Numbered from the stretch's first letter, positions 1 through 10,168 are shown. The stretch is DNA of 58,918 nucleotides from Desulfobulbaceae bacterium (GCA_002868955.1 PKTW01000020.1:1-58918), one strand, 5' to 3'. Made by a program: numbers and translations. Notes: generated by a model not told the origin, from the sequence alone.

Positions 1-1445
1 CCGGAGGAGGCAATTACTGGGATGGAAACGCTTTCGCTGATGTGTTTCACAAGTTCAATGTCAAAACCACTATTCGTACCGTCCTTGTCAATACAGTTGA
101 GTAATATCTCTCCGGCACCGAGCTTCTCACATACTTGAGCCAATTGCATTGCATCCACATCACGGCCTTCTCTGCCGCCTTTCACGGTGCACTGATACCA
201 GCAATATTCTTCCCCATTGGAGCCAGGAAATTTTGTTTTAATGGTGTTGTGCTCGGTAGCATTCGGGTCATGGACATAAACCCGGCGTGGGTCTATGGAA
301 ATTACAACCGCCTGGTTCCCATAAACGCGGGATATCTGTTCAATAGAACTGGTTCCTGTCATATTTCCTGTGCGTAAATATTCTTCGACTATATATACGG
401 CATCACTGCCGATGGATATCTTGTCTGCTCCGGAACGGAAATATTCTGATGCGACATCGAGGGCAGAATAATATTTGCCTTCACTGTCGGTATACTCCCT
501 GATGCCGCCGCCAATGGTCAAAGGCACAAAGACATTTTCCGAGGTTTTCCGTAAGACATCGAGCATGGGCTGGTCTTTCATGGGAAAATCTCGAAAGCCG
601 GTAATATTAAGAAAGGTTATCTCGTCAGCCCCTGCCTCGTAATATCTCCTGGCCAGTTCCACCGGCTTACCCAGGTTTCTGACTTCGCCTTTTTCGCGTA
701 CATCATACTGGTCGCCCTTGGTAACAACAAGGTCGCCATTGTCGTTTGTCCGGACATCCAAACAGGCAATGATGCGCTTGGCCAGCCTGGTCCGATCAGT
801 GGAATGCAGCAGTTCTCCTGTCATGGATTCATAGAGTCTGGGGCCTGAGAGGAAATTTTTTAAAATGTTCAGCCCTGCCTCACCACTTTTTTCCGGATGG
901 AACTGGAAGGCTGCCACCCGGCCCTTTGCCACCCCGCTGATGAACTCAGTGCCATAGTTGGTGGTCGTCAGGATCCAGTCATTATTTTCTATGGTTGGGA
1001 CTGCCCGGTATGAGTGGACAAAATAAAGCTTTTCCTGGTTGTATCCTGAAAAGAGGGGAGATGGTTTTCGTATGATAATGCCGTTCCACCCTATCTGGGG
1101 TACTGAGAGGGACGTATCATCAAAACGCTTGATAATTCCCTTGATAATGCCCAGGCCATCCACTCCGAGCGCTTCCTCGCTGCCCTCAAACAGGGTCTGC
1201 AGGCCGAGGCAGATGCCGAGAAAAGGTCTGTCATCTCTGATATACCGGATCAGCGGCGCAAGATAGCCGTCTTCTGCCAACCGCAGCATGGCATTGCCAA
1301 AACTTCCCACTCCGGGGAAGATCAGCTTTTCTGCCTGCAGTATATCTTGTGGCGAAGAAACGTCTTTGACCGTATAGCCCAGTTTGCGGATGGCATTGCG
1401 GACGGAGCGGACATTTCCCGCGCCGTAATCGAGTAGGGTGATCAT
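1..1445 (-). CDS. hisHF: Imidazole glycerol phosphate synthase, single-chain HisH (glutamine amidotransferase) + HisF (cyclase); the C-terminus runs off the window
   Basis: The minus-strand frame is open from ATG at 1445 to the window edge. It is missing from the ORF track because it has no stop. The translation starts [24 protein letters not shown]...FPGVGSFG (class I GATase). It continues without a stop through ...[20 protein letters not shown]... into [58 protein letters not shown]...PLTIGGGIR...[16 protein letters not shown]...IPVIASSG (HisF barrel). Confidence 0.9.
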   Translation of the reverse strand, partial: MITLLDYGAGNVRSVRNAIRKLGYTVKDVSSPQDILQAEKLIFPGVGSFGNAMLRLAEDGYLAPLIRYIRDDRPFLGICLGLQTLFEGSEEALGVDGLGIIKGIIKRFDDTSLSVPQIGWNGIIIRKPSPLFSGYNQEKLYFVHSYRAVPTIENNDWILTTTNYGTEFISGVAKGRVAAFQFHPEKSGEAGLNILKNFLSGPRLYESMTGELLHSTDRTRLAKRIIACLDVRTNDNGDLVVTKGDQYDVREKGEVRNLGKPVELARRYYEAGADEITFLNITGFRDFPMKDQPMLDVLRKTSENVFVPLTIGGGIREYTDSEGKYYSALDVASEYFRSGADKISIGSDAVYIVEEYLRTGNMTGTSSIEQISRVYGNQAVVISIDPRRVYVHDPNATEHNTIKTKFPGSNGEEYCWYQCTVKGGREGRDVDAMQLAQVCEKLGAGEILLNCIDKDGTNSGFDIELVKHISESVSIPVIASS

Positions 1446-1539
1446 TTAAAATATTTAATTTTGAATTTTGAAATTAATATTCTTGCTAACTTACCTCATA
1501 AGGCTTTAATGGTTTTTTGTAAAAGCCAGGAAGGTGTTT

Positions 1540-1935
1540 TTGCCATATCACGCAGCCGAGCAGCAGAGCCAGGAACGGAAAAGCGACTCGGCGGAGCGCT
1601 AGCGACTTTCCGACGTCGCCCGTTCATGGCGAGCAGCGCAGGGCAGTCAGCCAGAGGCTGACCAAGTGATCGGCTGCCCTTTTGGTTCGTTTTGGGCAAG
1701 CAAAATGAACATATAACTAGAAAGTATCTTTATTTATATAAACTTCCTTATAAACCTCCTTCTTTTGCTTGCCCAAAAGAAGGAGCAAGAAAAGGGCACC
1801 CCGCTGAACCGGCCCTTCGGGCTCCCTTGCGCTTCTCGCTGTTGCCGGGACGCTGAAAACTCGCCCACCTGCGGTGGACTCAAACAAGTCCAGCGTCTTA
1901 TTCCGCCTACAGCTGCGATGCTCAGCGGCACAGAA
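1540..1935. repeat. Two diverged inverted copies (about 170 bp each) of a G+C-rich repeat unit around an A+T-rich 57-bp centre; non-coding
   Basis: There is a perfect 16-nt inverted core: TTTTGGGCAAGCAAAA (1690-1705) and TTTTGCTTGCCCAAAA (1763-1778). By eye, the reverse complement of 1540-1689 aligns with 1779-1935 through shared blocks (AAAAGGGCA, CCCT[G/T]GCGCT[G/T]CTCGC, GGGACG, GAAA.TCGC, CTT.TTCCG). Track ORFs in this region overlap each other on both strands and are low-complexity. Confidence 0.7.
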
Positions 1936-2156
1936 TGGGACCTCAAACCCAATTTTGGGGGTGAAGCAATAACATGCAACCGAGCAGCGCCCCGCACGTG
2001 GGTATAAACTCCAGGAAGCCTTGCAATATAAGGGGGGCAAGTAGTCGGCTGCATGAACACAGGACAAGGACAGAAGTATATCATCTGCCGCCGGTGTTAA
2101 AGCGGCCTGCATAGTAGACCAAATGCCAGGCAAAAACAAGACGCAAAGCGTGACAG

Positions 2157-2948
2157 TTATTTCGCAAAGGTATCCTTCAGGAATTTCTGCATATCCTGCC
2201 AGGATTTTTTGTCAGCCTCTGCATTGTAGCCGACCGGTATATTAAATTTTTCGGCATAGATGTCAGCACCGGGGTTGGTAAAGCTGTGTTTTGCACCAGG
2301 GTAAGAAATGAAAGTTAAGTCCGCGTCGGCAGCTTTCATTTCCTTGAGAAAAGCCTGGATCTGCTCCGGGGTAATCATTTTGTCATCGGCACCGTCGCAC
2401 ACGAGTATCCTGGCTTTGATCACTCCAGGTGAAGCAGGATTGCTCGTTGCCAGAGAACCGTGAAAACTGACGACTGCATCAAGATCAAGTCCCTGTCGCG
2501 CCATCTCGAGCACGACTCCTCCGCCAAAGCAGTATCCGATTGCCGCAATATGTTCCGGGTCAACCGTCGGGTGTTTTTGCAGAAGCTGCATTGCGGCTTT
2601 AAAACGTTGAGTTGCAGCCGGCATGTTCTGTCGTACTTCGGCTGCGAATTTCCCAGCGTTATCGGGATGATCCGCCTGTTTGCCGTCCCCGTACATATCA
2701 ACAGCCAGTGCTGTATAGCCGAGTTCCGCCAGCATCCTGGCTCTCTTGCGGGAATATTCGTTATGCCCCCACCATTCGTGCACCACCAGTATTCCCGGTC
2801 TTTTCCCGGCAATGCTGTCATCATAGGCCAGGTATCCTTGCATGGTAAATTCATCGGATTTATACATGACAGGTTCTCCGATGATGGCAGCAGCAGCTTG
2901 AGTGTTCCAGAGCAACAAAAGTAAAAGTGTAAAAATTAAGCGTTTCAT
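2157..2948 (-). CDS. Dienelactone hydrolase family protein (secreted alpha/beta hydrolase)
   Basis: 263-aa ORF with a signal-like N-terminus (MKRLIFTLLLLLLWNTQAAAA). It has the nucleophile elbow GYCFGG, then CDGADD and GAKHSF, which fit a DLH-type Cys-Asp-His triad. Confidence 0.85.
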   Translation of the reverse strand: MKRLIFTLLLLLLWNTQAAAAIIGEPVMYKSDEFTMQGYLAYDDSIAGKRPGILVVHEWWGHNEYSRKRARMLAELGYTALAVDMYGDGKQADHPDNAGKFAAEVRQNMPAATQRFKAAMQLLQKHPTVDPEHIAAIGYCFGGGVVLEMARQGLDLDAVVSFHGSLATSNPASPGVIKARILVCDGADDKMITPEQIQAFLKEMKAADADLTFISYPGAKHSFTNPGADIYAEKFNIPVGYNAEADKKSWQDMQKFLKDTFAK

Positions 2949-3075
2949 GGAAGCCCTCCCTGTTTTTGGGATACAAAATTTTACAAATCGTCTATGATAC
3001 TAATAAACTAGGATGAGCTATATTATAACCCTGCGCGCAGAAAAGAAAAGTTTTTAGAAAAGTAATTTTCACAAA

Positions 3076-3396
3076 ATGAGGTGGTCCATGTATTGTCCTT
3101 CATGCCGGGCGGAATTCAGGGAAGGCTTTTTAAGGTGCGAAGATTGTGATGTTAACTTGGTAGAGGGTCTCCCGAAAGAGACCGAAAAACAAGGATATAT
3201 TCATCTTGCCACTGTTTTTACCGAAGGGGATATCGCCTTTATCAAGTCCAGCCTGGATCATACAGGTATTGATTACTATTTTCATGGCGAACAGGCGCAT
3301 CGCCTTACACCTCTGCCTTTAGGGGCCAGGTTGATGGTGCGGGAGGACTTCAGGGAAGAAGCTGAAGCAATCCTGAGAGCTACGGGTCAGCTTTAG
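3076..3396 (+). CDS. Small zinc-ribbon / DUF2007-like protein of unknown function
   Basis: 106-aa ORF with CPSC...CEDC cysteine pairs at the N-terminus, followed by a segment resembling the small 'putative signal transducing' DUF2007 fold. An alternative start at ATG 3088 is preceded by GAGGTGG. A terminator follows the gene. Confidence 0.6.
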   Translation: MRWSMYCPSCRAEFREGFLRCEDCDVNLVEGLPKETEKQGYIHLATVFTEGDIAFIKSSLDHTGIDYYFHGEQAHRLTPLPLGARLMVREDFREEAEAILRATGQL

Positions 3397-3444
3397 GATT
3401 TTGTCGGCTTTTTATCTTGCTTTGAAGGAAAAAGAGAACAAAGC

Positions 3445-3467
3445 ATCCCGGACCGGGATTTTTTTTT
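3445..3467. terminator. Rho-independent terminator, probably bidirectional
   Basis: ATCCCGG-A-CCGGGAT hairpin (3445-3459) followed by a run of 9 T on the plus strand. On the minus strand the same hairpin is followed by the T-rich TGCTTTGTTCTCTTTTT. Confidence 0.65.
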
Positions 3468-3470
3468 GCC

Positions 3471-3566
3471 TCAGCCGTATAAATTCTTGCATGCCATGCG
3501 CATGTTGATGGCAGCAAATACATAAATAACGGCAACAACGATAATAATTATGAAAATCCAGTGCAT
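3471..3566 (-). CDS. Possible 31-aa hydrophobic micro-protein
   Basis: ATG at 3566 and TGA at 3471-3473. The translation is MHWIFIIIIVVAVIYVFAAINMRMACKNLYG, a single TM-like helix. A weak SD (AGGGA) lies about 8 nt upstream, and the ORF ends at the hairpin terminator. It is below the ORF-track length cutoff. Confidence 0.25.
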   Translation of the reverse strand: MHWIFIIIIVVAVIYVFAAINMRMACKNLYG

Positions 3567-3675
3567 TTGAATTCCCTGCTAAATAGTGCGACTTTAACCT
3601 TGATATTATAGCACATTATACCCAACTTGCGGAACAAATTTTGGAATATAACTGAGAATTGACATATTCGCTGTT

Positions 3676-5157
3676 TTAGGATTGACCCTTCTGGCTGAAT
3701 TTTTTAAGTCGTGCAATTACCCGGTCTTTGCCGATGGCCATAAGCACTTCAAATAGCCCGGCACCTGCTGCCTGGCCGGTCACCACAGTCCGGGTGCCGT
3801 TGATCAGGATACCGGCCTTGATGTCAAGTTCATCAGCTAGTTCGCGGGTTGATCGTTCGGCTTCCTCTCGGGTGAAATCGGCTAACTGTTCGAACCGGTC
3901 TGCCAGAAGCCCAAGCCATTCCCGGATGTGTTCAAATTTTTCCAGGTTTTTTCTCATCGGCTTTGGATCCCATGTATAGGTGTCGCTGAAATAGGCCCTG
4001 CCGGGACCTGAGAAATCCTTGAGGGTATGGAATCTGCTGCGGATAAGATCAATAGTGTTTGTGAACCATTCTTTTTTTTCACCATCAAAGCCGGCATCCC
4101 AGAGATTTGCCGCGATCAGTTCCTCTTTGACAAGGGGGATGAGGTCTGCAATAGGCATGGTGCGCAGGTAATGGGCATTAATGGAAAGGGCCTTGGGGTC
4201 AGTGATAAACTTGGGATCGTCCTTGGTATAGTTGAAGATTGAATTTGCTTTATTCATACCTTCCAGAGAATAGATGTCAATCAGTTCCTCCTGGGTGAAA
4301 ATTTCCTGGTCACTGGCCGGTGACCAGCCTAAAAGCACCAGGAAATTTACTAAAGCCCAGGGAAGAAAGCCGTTTTCCTTATAGAACTGTACCGTTACAA
4401 CCTCGCCGTGAGACCGTTTGGATATTTTTCTTTTCTGAGGGTCAAGGGTGAGCGACATGTGGGCAAAGATTGGTACCGGAGCGCCTAAAGCTTCGTAGAT
4501 GAGGACCTGCCGCGGAGTATTGCCGAGACCATCCTGGCCTCGAATAATATGTGTAATGCGATCACGGATGTCATCGACTACATTGCTCAGTAAATAGAGG
4601 GGGGTGCCGTTTGAACGGATGATGACAAAGTCCTCAATATCTTTATAGGATTTTTCTATGTGACCGTAAACCTTGTCTTCAAATACAACCGAGCCATCAC
4701 CCTCAGGCACCTTGAAGCGAATGACATGGGGAATATTCTGTGTTTCTTTCCGGGCAATTTCTTCAGGAGTCAGATTCAGGCAGGAACGGTCATACTGATA
4801 GGTCACCTTGGCTGTCACAGCAGCTTCTCGCTTCGCGTCAAGCTCTTCTTTAGTGCAGAAACATTTGTAGGCATGACCTGTAGAGATCAATGAATGGGCT
4901 GCCGCAATGTGTTCCTGGATATAGTCAGACTGAAAGTAGGGGCCCTCGTCCCAGGTTATTCCCAGCCAGTTGAGGCCGTCAATTATGCCGTCAATCGATT
5001 CTTTTGTTGAACGTTCAACGTCGGTATCCTCAATTCTGAGAATGAGCTTGCCGTTATGTTTTTTTACATAGAGCCAGTTATAAATGGCGGTCCTGGCCCC
5101 ACCTATATGGAGATAACCGGTAGGGCTCGGGGGAAATCGCAGCCTGACTTCTGACAT
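3676..5157 (-). CDS. gltX: Glutamate--tRNA ligase
   Basis: Contains PSPTGYLHIGGARTA (HIGH) and KISKRS (KMSKS-like). I chose the start at ATG 5157 (MSEVRLRF...), which has AGGAGA 6 nt upstream. The track ORF extends 120 codons further upstream with no recognisable similarity. Confidence 0.93.
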   Translation of the reverse strand: MSEVRLRFPPSPTGYLHIGGARTAIYNWLYVKKHNGKLILRIEDTDVERSTKESIDGIIDGLNWLGITWDEGPYFQSDYIQEHIAAAHSLISTGHAYKCFCTKEELDAKREAAVTAKVTYQYDRSCLNLTPEEIARKETQNIPHVIRFKVPEGDGSVVFEDKVYGHIEKSYKDIEDFVIIRSNGTPLYLLSNVVDDIRDRITHIIRGQDGLGNTPRQVLIYEALGAPVPIFAHMSLTLDPQKRKISKRSHGEVVTVQFYKENGFLPWALVNFLVLLGWSPASDQEIFTQEELIDIYSLEGMNKANSIFNYTKDDPKFITDPKALSINAHYLRTMPIADLIPLVKEELIAANLWDAGFDGEKKEWFTNTIDLIRSRFHTLKDFSGPGRAYFSDTYTWDPKPMRKNLEKFEHIREWLGLLADRFEQLADFTREEAERSTRELADELDIKAGILINGTRTVVTGQAAGAGLFEVLMAIGKDRVIARLKKFSQKGQS

Positions 5158-5901
5158 TATTTTCTCCTGTTGTATATTTCCCCGGGCAATAGGTGCCGGG
5201 AATTTATAAAGAGTGTAATTCTTAAGGTTGCTGTATATAAATCTTTTTAATAAGAGAATCAATAGGCATATCCCTGAATCCGTGGCTGAAAAATTGGTTA
5301 AACAGACCAAATCCCGTGTATTAAGGAAATCCCGGAGGAGACAGTTGAACTTAAAACAAGAGTATAAAGTCTTGCAGTCATCAATGGGGCCCATTACAGT
5401 CAAGTCATTATCGGCGCAATACTTTGTGATGAAGAATTTTAACGAAGCCGGTGTATATTTATCTTTACCTTCTTCAAGTTTTGCAAGGAATAGCCCTTCG
5501 GAACCGCCAGCTGTCACCCATTTCCCGTGTCATTGCCCGTTCGGGAAACCATAGACGACGACTCTTCCTTGAACCTGTGGCACATACGACGGCTCACAGA
5601 TTAAGGTGTACAGCAGGAAAGGAATTAGTTTATTCTGAGTTATGGAAAAGAAAAAAATAAAAAGTGTAAAGGTGCATAATTTGTTTGAAATATTTGCCAA
5701 AATCATTTTTAAAGCTTTTTCTTGACTTGTTTAAATAAGATTTTTACCTTTTTTGAATCTTTGGCGAGTTCTGTCAATAAAAGTTTCTAAAGAGTATTGA
5801 TTATTTTTTGATTTTCAGGTTTGGCCCCTGAAATAAAAGTAAATACTGATAGCGCCCGGCTGAAATGGACGGGGCTTTGCAGGGAGAATAAAGGAGAGGC
5901 A

Positions 5902-7503
5902 ATGAAAATTCTTATCAGTGATAATTTAGCTCCTGTCGGAGCACAGATCCTCCTGGATGCAGGTCTTGAGGTAGATATTAAAACAGGTTTGGCGCCTGAG
6001 GATCTCAAGAAAATAATTCCGGAATATGAAGGCTTGGTTATACGCAGTGCCACCAAGGTGACAGCGGAAATAATTGAGGCGGCCACCAACCTTAAAGTTG
6101 TGGGCCGGGCCGGTATAGGGCTTGACAATGTTGATGTGGCAGTGGCCAGCAAGCATGGCATCGTTGTAATGAATGCTCCGGACGGTAATTCCACCACTGC
6201 CGCAGAACATGCCATAGCCATGATGGTATCACTTGCCAGGAATATTCCCCAGGCCACGACCTCTATGAAGGAAGGCAAATGGGAGAAAAAGAAGTTCATG
6301 GGCCGTGAATTGACCGGCAAGACCCTGGGGATAATTGGTATCGGAAGAATTGGCAGTATTGTGGCAGAAAGGGCTCAGGGCCTGAAAATGAAAGTGATTG
6401 CCTATGATCCCCATATGCCTGAAGAACTTGTGAAGAAACTCGGCGTTGAACTGACCAGCATTGATGAGGTTTGCAAGAAAGCAGATTTCATCTCTGTACA
6501 TGTGCCCATGACCAAGGACACTAAGCATCTCATTACAAAACCACAGTTCAAGAGCATGAAAAAAAGTGCCATGTTCATCGATTGTGCCCGCGGTGGAGTT
6601 GTTGATGAACAAGCCCTGTACGAAGCCTTGGTTTCAGATGAAATCGCCGGTGCGGCCCTGGATGTTTTTGAAGTTGAGCCAACCACCAAGGAAAATTGCC
6701 CCCTGCTTGGTTTGGATAATTTTATCTGTACACCACATCTAGGCGCTTCAACCAGTGAGGCCCAGGAAAATGTCGCGGTTGCCATTGCCAAGCAGATAAG
6801 TGAATACCTCAGAACCGGCGTAGTAAGCAATGCAGTGAATGTGCCTTCTGTAAGCAGCGATGTGCTTTCCAAGGTCGGCCCCTATCTCACCCTGGCAGAG
6901 ATGCTGGGCTTTTTTCATATGCAGATTGCCAAGGGCGGCGTGGAAGAAGTCAATCTGGAATACATCGGTGAATTTGAAGATCTGACAATAGGCCCCATCA
7001 CAGTGGCATTTCTTAAAGGCTTGTTCACGCCGATTCTGCAGGATGCGGTAAACTATGTCAATGCCCCTCTGATTGCCAAGGAAAGAGGTATACGGGTCGT
7101 TGAATCCAAAACCGGTCATTCCGACGATTTTACAAGTCTGCTTTCAATCCGGGTAAAGACAACTGATGGGGAAAATATGTTGGCCGGAACAGTTTTCGGT
7201 AAAAACGAACCAAGGCTGGTACGGTTGAATACTTTCCGTCTGGAGGCACTTCCTACCGGCCCCATGCTTTTTGTATACAACAAGGATGTCCCGGGAGTAA
7301 TAGGTGCCCTTGGTACAACCCTGGGTATGAATGGTGTTAATATTTCACGAATGACCGTTGGTCGCGAGAAGGAGCATGGACGCAATATTATCCTGCTCAA
7401 TACCGACAATATGATCAGTAAAGATCTTTTAAAAACAGTGCAGCAGCTTGATTATATTGATGATGCCATGGCTTTGGTGTTTCCCCATTACGCCGATATA
7501 TAA
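5902..7503 (+). CDS. serA: D-3-phosphoglycerate dehydrogenase (long form with ASB/ACT C-terminal region)
   Basis: Start at ATG 5902 after AAGGAGAGG (MKILISDNLAPVG...). It has the NAD-binding GIIGIGRIGS and a C-terminal regulatory region. Length is 533 aa. Confidence 0.92.
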   Translation: MKILISDNLAPVGAQILLDAGLEVDIKTGLAPEDLKKIIPEYEGLVIRSATKVTAEIIEAATNLKVVGRAGIGLDNVDVAVASKHGIVVMNAPDGNSTTAAEHAIAMMVSLARNIPQATTSMKEGKWEKKKFMGRELTGKTLGIIGIGRIGSIVAERAQGLKMKVIAYDPHMPEELVKKLGVELTSIDEVCKKADFISVHVPMTKDTKHLITKPQFKSMKKSAMFIDCARGGVVDEQALYEALVSDEIAGAALDVFEVEPTTKENCPLLGLDNFICTPHLGASTSEAQENVAVAIAKQISEYLRTGVVSNAVNVPSVSSDVLSKVGPYLTLAEMLGFFHMQIAKGGVEEVNLEYIGEFEDLTIGPITVAFLKGLFTPILQDAVNYVNAPLIAKERGIRVVESKTGHSDDFTSLLSIRVKTTDGENMLAGTVFGKNEPRLVRLNTFRLEALPTGPMLFVYNKDVPGVIGALGTTLGMNGVNISRMTVGREKEHGRNIILLNTDNMISKDLLKTVQQLDYIDDAMALVFPHYADI

Positions 7504-7548
7504 GTGTGGTCGTGTTGCTGGAAATTGAACAAAATTGAGGAGAGCTGC

Positions 7549-7869
7549 ATGGAGAAGAACGAAGAATGTAAACCGTGCCCTGAAGGCCAGGTTAGAAAGG
7601 ATGGCAAATGTGTTATGCCGGAAGTTACTTTAACGGCCTTTATTATGTCTCTTAATACATCGGCTCTATTCCACCTGGGTGAAATCAGTGACCCTGTCAC
7701 CGGTGAGAAGAATCAAGACCTGGTTCTTGCCAAACACACCATCGATACATTGAAACTGCTGGAGGATAAAACCAAAGGCAACCTTAACGGTGAAGAGCAG
7801 GATATTTTACGGCATGTTCTTTATGACCTCAAGATGCGTTATGTTGCCCAGGCTGACAAAAAAAAATAA
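7549..7869 (+). CDS. DUF1844 domain protein
   Basis: 106 aa from ATG 7549, after GAGGAGAG. The translation is MEKNEECKPCPEGQ...VTLTAFIMSLNTSALFHLGE..., which is typical of the DUF1844 family. Confidence 0.7.
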   Translation: MEKNEECKPCPEGQVRKDGKCVMPEVTLTAFIMSLNTSALFHLGEISDPVTGEKNQDLVLAKHTIDTLKLLEDKTKGNLNGEEQDILRHVLYDLKMRYVAQADKKK

Positions 7870-7941
7870 ATTTGCCGCCCTGCTTAAAAAGCGATCCATA
7901 CATCAACTTGCCAAGCTGTTCGACCTGCGGGCCCAAAATTT

Positions 7942-8838
7942 GTGAAACAAACCCCCCAAACAAGCCAGAGTCAAAGCCTTACCCTGAAGGCTCCTGCCAA
8001 GATCAATCTTTTCCTGAAAATACTGAACCGGCGTCCTGACGGTTATCATGAGATTGAGAGCCTGATGCAGAAGATTGCACTTTTCGATATTCTGCATTTA
8101 TCAAGGCAGAGAGACTCTATTTCTCTGTCCTGTCAGGGCCGCCCTGTGCCTGAAGACCGGGAAAATCTTGTTTGCAGGGCTGCCCTGGCGTTTTTCTCTG
8201 CAACAGGAATTGCGGCCGGTGTGCAAATTATCCTGGAGAAAAAGATACCTGTAGCTGCCGGGTTAGGCGGAGGCAGCAGTGACGCTGCAGCAGTACTTTA
8301 TGGATTGAACAGGCTTTTTTCTGCTGGCCTAGATTTGGAAAGTTTAATGGATGTCGGTCTGCAGCTGGGGGCGGATGTTCCGTTTTTTTTGCAGGATTGC
8401 AGCGGGGCAGTCGCCACCGGCATCGGCGAATGTATCAAGAAGGTAAAATCCATAAGCGATTCTTGGATTTTGCTGGTGAATCCAGGCTTTGAGGTTTCCA
8501 CGAAATGGGCTTATGAGAATTTCCCGTTGACATCCACCTCCAATCCATATATCTTAGCGCGGGGCCGAAAAATGGACATGAATTTTCAGATCGTTCCCCC
8601 TGGATTATTTGAAGAACTTGGTAATGATCTCGAAGCCGTTACGATAAACCGCTTTCCAGAGATAGGAGATATAAAGAAGGAATTGAAAAGGACAGGTGCT
8701 GTTACAGCCCTCATGAGCGGCAGTGGTCCGACTGTGTTTGGTTTATTTTCCGGAAAGGAACAAGCTCAGCGAAGTTTTGAGCAGTTTGTCAAAGAATATG
8801 GTGATAACGTATTTCTTGTCAGACCGTATATTCCTTGA
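7942..8838 (+). CDS. ispE: 4-diphosphocytidyl-2-C-methyl-D-erythritol kinase
   Basis: GTG start. It has N-terminal KAPAKINLFLKI and the GHMP kinase motif PVAAGLGGGSSDAAA. Confidence 0.92.
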   Translation: MKQTPQTSQSQSLTLKAPAKINLFLKILNRRPDGYHEIESLMQKIALFDILHLSRQRDSISLSCQGRPVPEDRENLVCRAALAFFSATGIAAGVQIILEKKIPVAAGLGGGSSDAAAVLYGLNRLFSAGLDLESLMDVGLQLGADVPFFLQDCSGAVATGIGECIKKVKSISDSWILLVNPGFEVSTKWAYENFPLTSTSNPYILARGRKMDMNFQIVPPGLFEELGNDLEAVTINRFPEIGDIKKELKRTGAVTALMSGSGPTVFGLFSGKEQAQRSFEQFVKEYGDNVFLVRPYIP

Positions 8839-8959
8839 TTGTCTTTCACTAAAAATATATAGTTGCAATTTTGATTGTCTCAAAAGAATCGTTCTAAATG
8901 CTGCAGACAAGAGCCGGATTTAGTGGAGATTTTTTACGGCTTTAATGAAATGAGCACAT

Positions 8960-9034
8960 TGGGGCGTCGTCAAGCGGTAAGACACAGGTTTTTGGTGCCT
9001 GCATTCGGAGGTTCGAATCCTCCCGCCCCAGCCA
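8960..9034 (+). tRNA. tRNA-Gln (anticodon UUG), CCA encoded
   Basis: Acceptor stem TGGGGCG/CGCCCCA. Anticodon stem CAGGT/GCCTG with loop TTTTGGT (anticodon TTG). T-arm GGAGGTTCGAATCCTCC. Discriminator G plus CCA. Confidence 0.93.
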
Positions 9035-9112
9035 GAAAAATAATCTGCCTTAAATGCAAGAAGGATAAAGAATTGGCAGATGTAATAAAAGAAAAAACAA
9101 AGCGAAAAAACC

Positions 9113-10051
9113 ATGCCTAACATTATCAAGGTATTTTCTGGAAATGCCAACCCGGAACTGGCAAAAGAGATCTGTGATTATCTCAAGATCTCCTTGTCAA
9201 TGGTCGAAGTAAGAAGATTCAGCGATGGTGAGATCTTCATTGAAATTGGAGAAAATGTGCGGGGCACGGATGTGTTTATCATTCAACCCACCTGTTCACC
9301 GGTAAACGATCACCTGATGGAGCTTGTAATCATGGTTGATGCACTGCGCCGCGCCTCTGCCAGAAGAATTACCGCTGTTTTGCCCTATTACGGTTATGCC
9401 CGGCAGGATAGAAAAGTTGCCCCTCGTGTGCCGATTACAGCCAAGGTTGTGGCAGAAATGTTGATGGTTGTCGGCGTACGGCGGGTGCTTGCCATGGATC
9501 TTCATGCCGGCCAGATTCAGGGTTTTTTCAATATCCCTGTAGACCACCTGTATGCTGCTCCAGTCTTGCTGAAGTATATAAATGAGACGTTTAAGAATGT
9601 GGTCATGGTCTCTCCTGATGCAGGTGGCGTGGAAAGAACCCGTGCTTTTGCAAAACGGTTGAAAGCAGACCTGGCCATTATAGACAAACGGCGTGATCGC
9701 CCCAATGAATCAAAGGCCCTGAATGTCATTGGTGATGTAATGGGCAAGACCGCAGTATTACTTGATGATATGGTTGATACGGCAGGAACACTTTGTAGCG
9801 CTGCAGCAATGCTGAAAGAGGCTGGTGCGGTTGAAGTACATGCCTGCTGTACCCATGGAGTGCTCTCAGGCCCGGCCATTGAACGGCTCGAAGGCTCTGT
9901 GATCAAGTCCCTTGTTGTGACAAATACTATTCCATTGCGCGGCAAGGCCAAGGAATGTAAAAAGATCAAGGTGCTTTCCGTGTCACATCTTTTAGGCGAG
10001 GCGATACGGCGTATTCATTCGGAAGATTCAGTGAGTTCCCTTTTTGTTTAA
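9113..10051 (+). CDS. prs: Ribose-phosphate pyrophosphokinase
   Basis: 312 aa. Contains [11 protein letters not shown] and the PRPP-binding loop [11 protein letters not shown]. Confidence 0.95.
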   Translation: MPNIIKVFSGNANPELAKEICDYLKISLSMVEVRRFSDGEIFIEIGENVRGTDVFIIQPTCSPVNDHLMELVIMVDALRRASARRITAVLPYYGYARQDRKVAPRVPITAKVVAEMLMVVGVRRVLAMDLHAGQIQGFFNIPVDHLYAAPVLLKYINETFKNVVMVSPDAGGVERTRAFAKRLKADLAIIDKRRDRPNESKALNVIGDVMGKTAVLLDDMVDTAGTLCSAAAMLKEAGAVEVHACCTHGVLSGPAIERLEGSVIKSLVVTNTIPLRGKAKECKKIKVLSVSHLLGEAIRRIHSEDSVSSLFV

Positions 10052-10168
10052 ATTTTGGAGCAAGAAAGAAAAGAAGTGTGTAATTGAAATATACTTGACT
10101 GGAAGATCCAGGATCAGAAGACTGCTTTTTCATGTTTCTGACCATCTTTTTTAAGGAGGAATCAAAAA

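Noticed and set aside
1496-2139. Several 66-140-aa ORFs on both strands in the DLH-hisHF spacer.
   Set aside because: They overlap one another, and their sequences are Arg/Ala/Pro/Cys-rich and low-complexity. They coincide with an inverted repeat, so they are better explained as a non-coding repeat element.
5158-5517. A 120-codon in-frame upstream extension of the gltX ORF (the track gives 613 aa).
   Set aside because: The catalytic core with the HIGH motif begins right after Met at 5157, which has a good AGGAGA SD. The extension has no aaRS-like features, and a normal GltX is about 490 aa. It is probably an open frame by chance.
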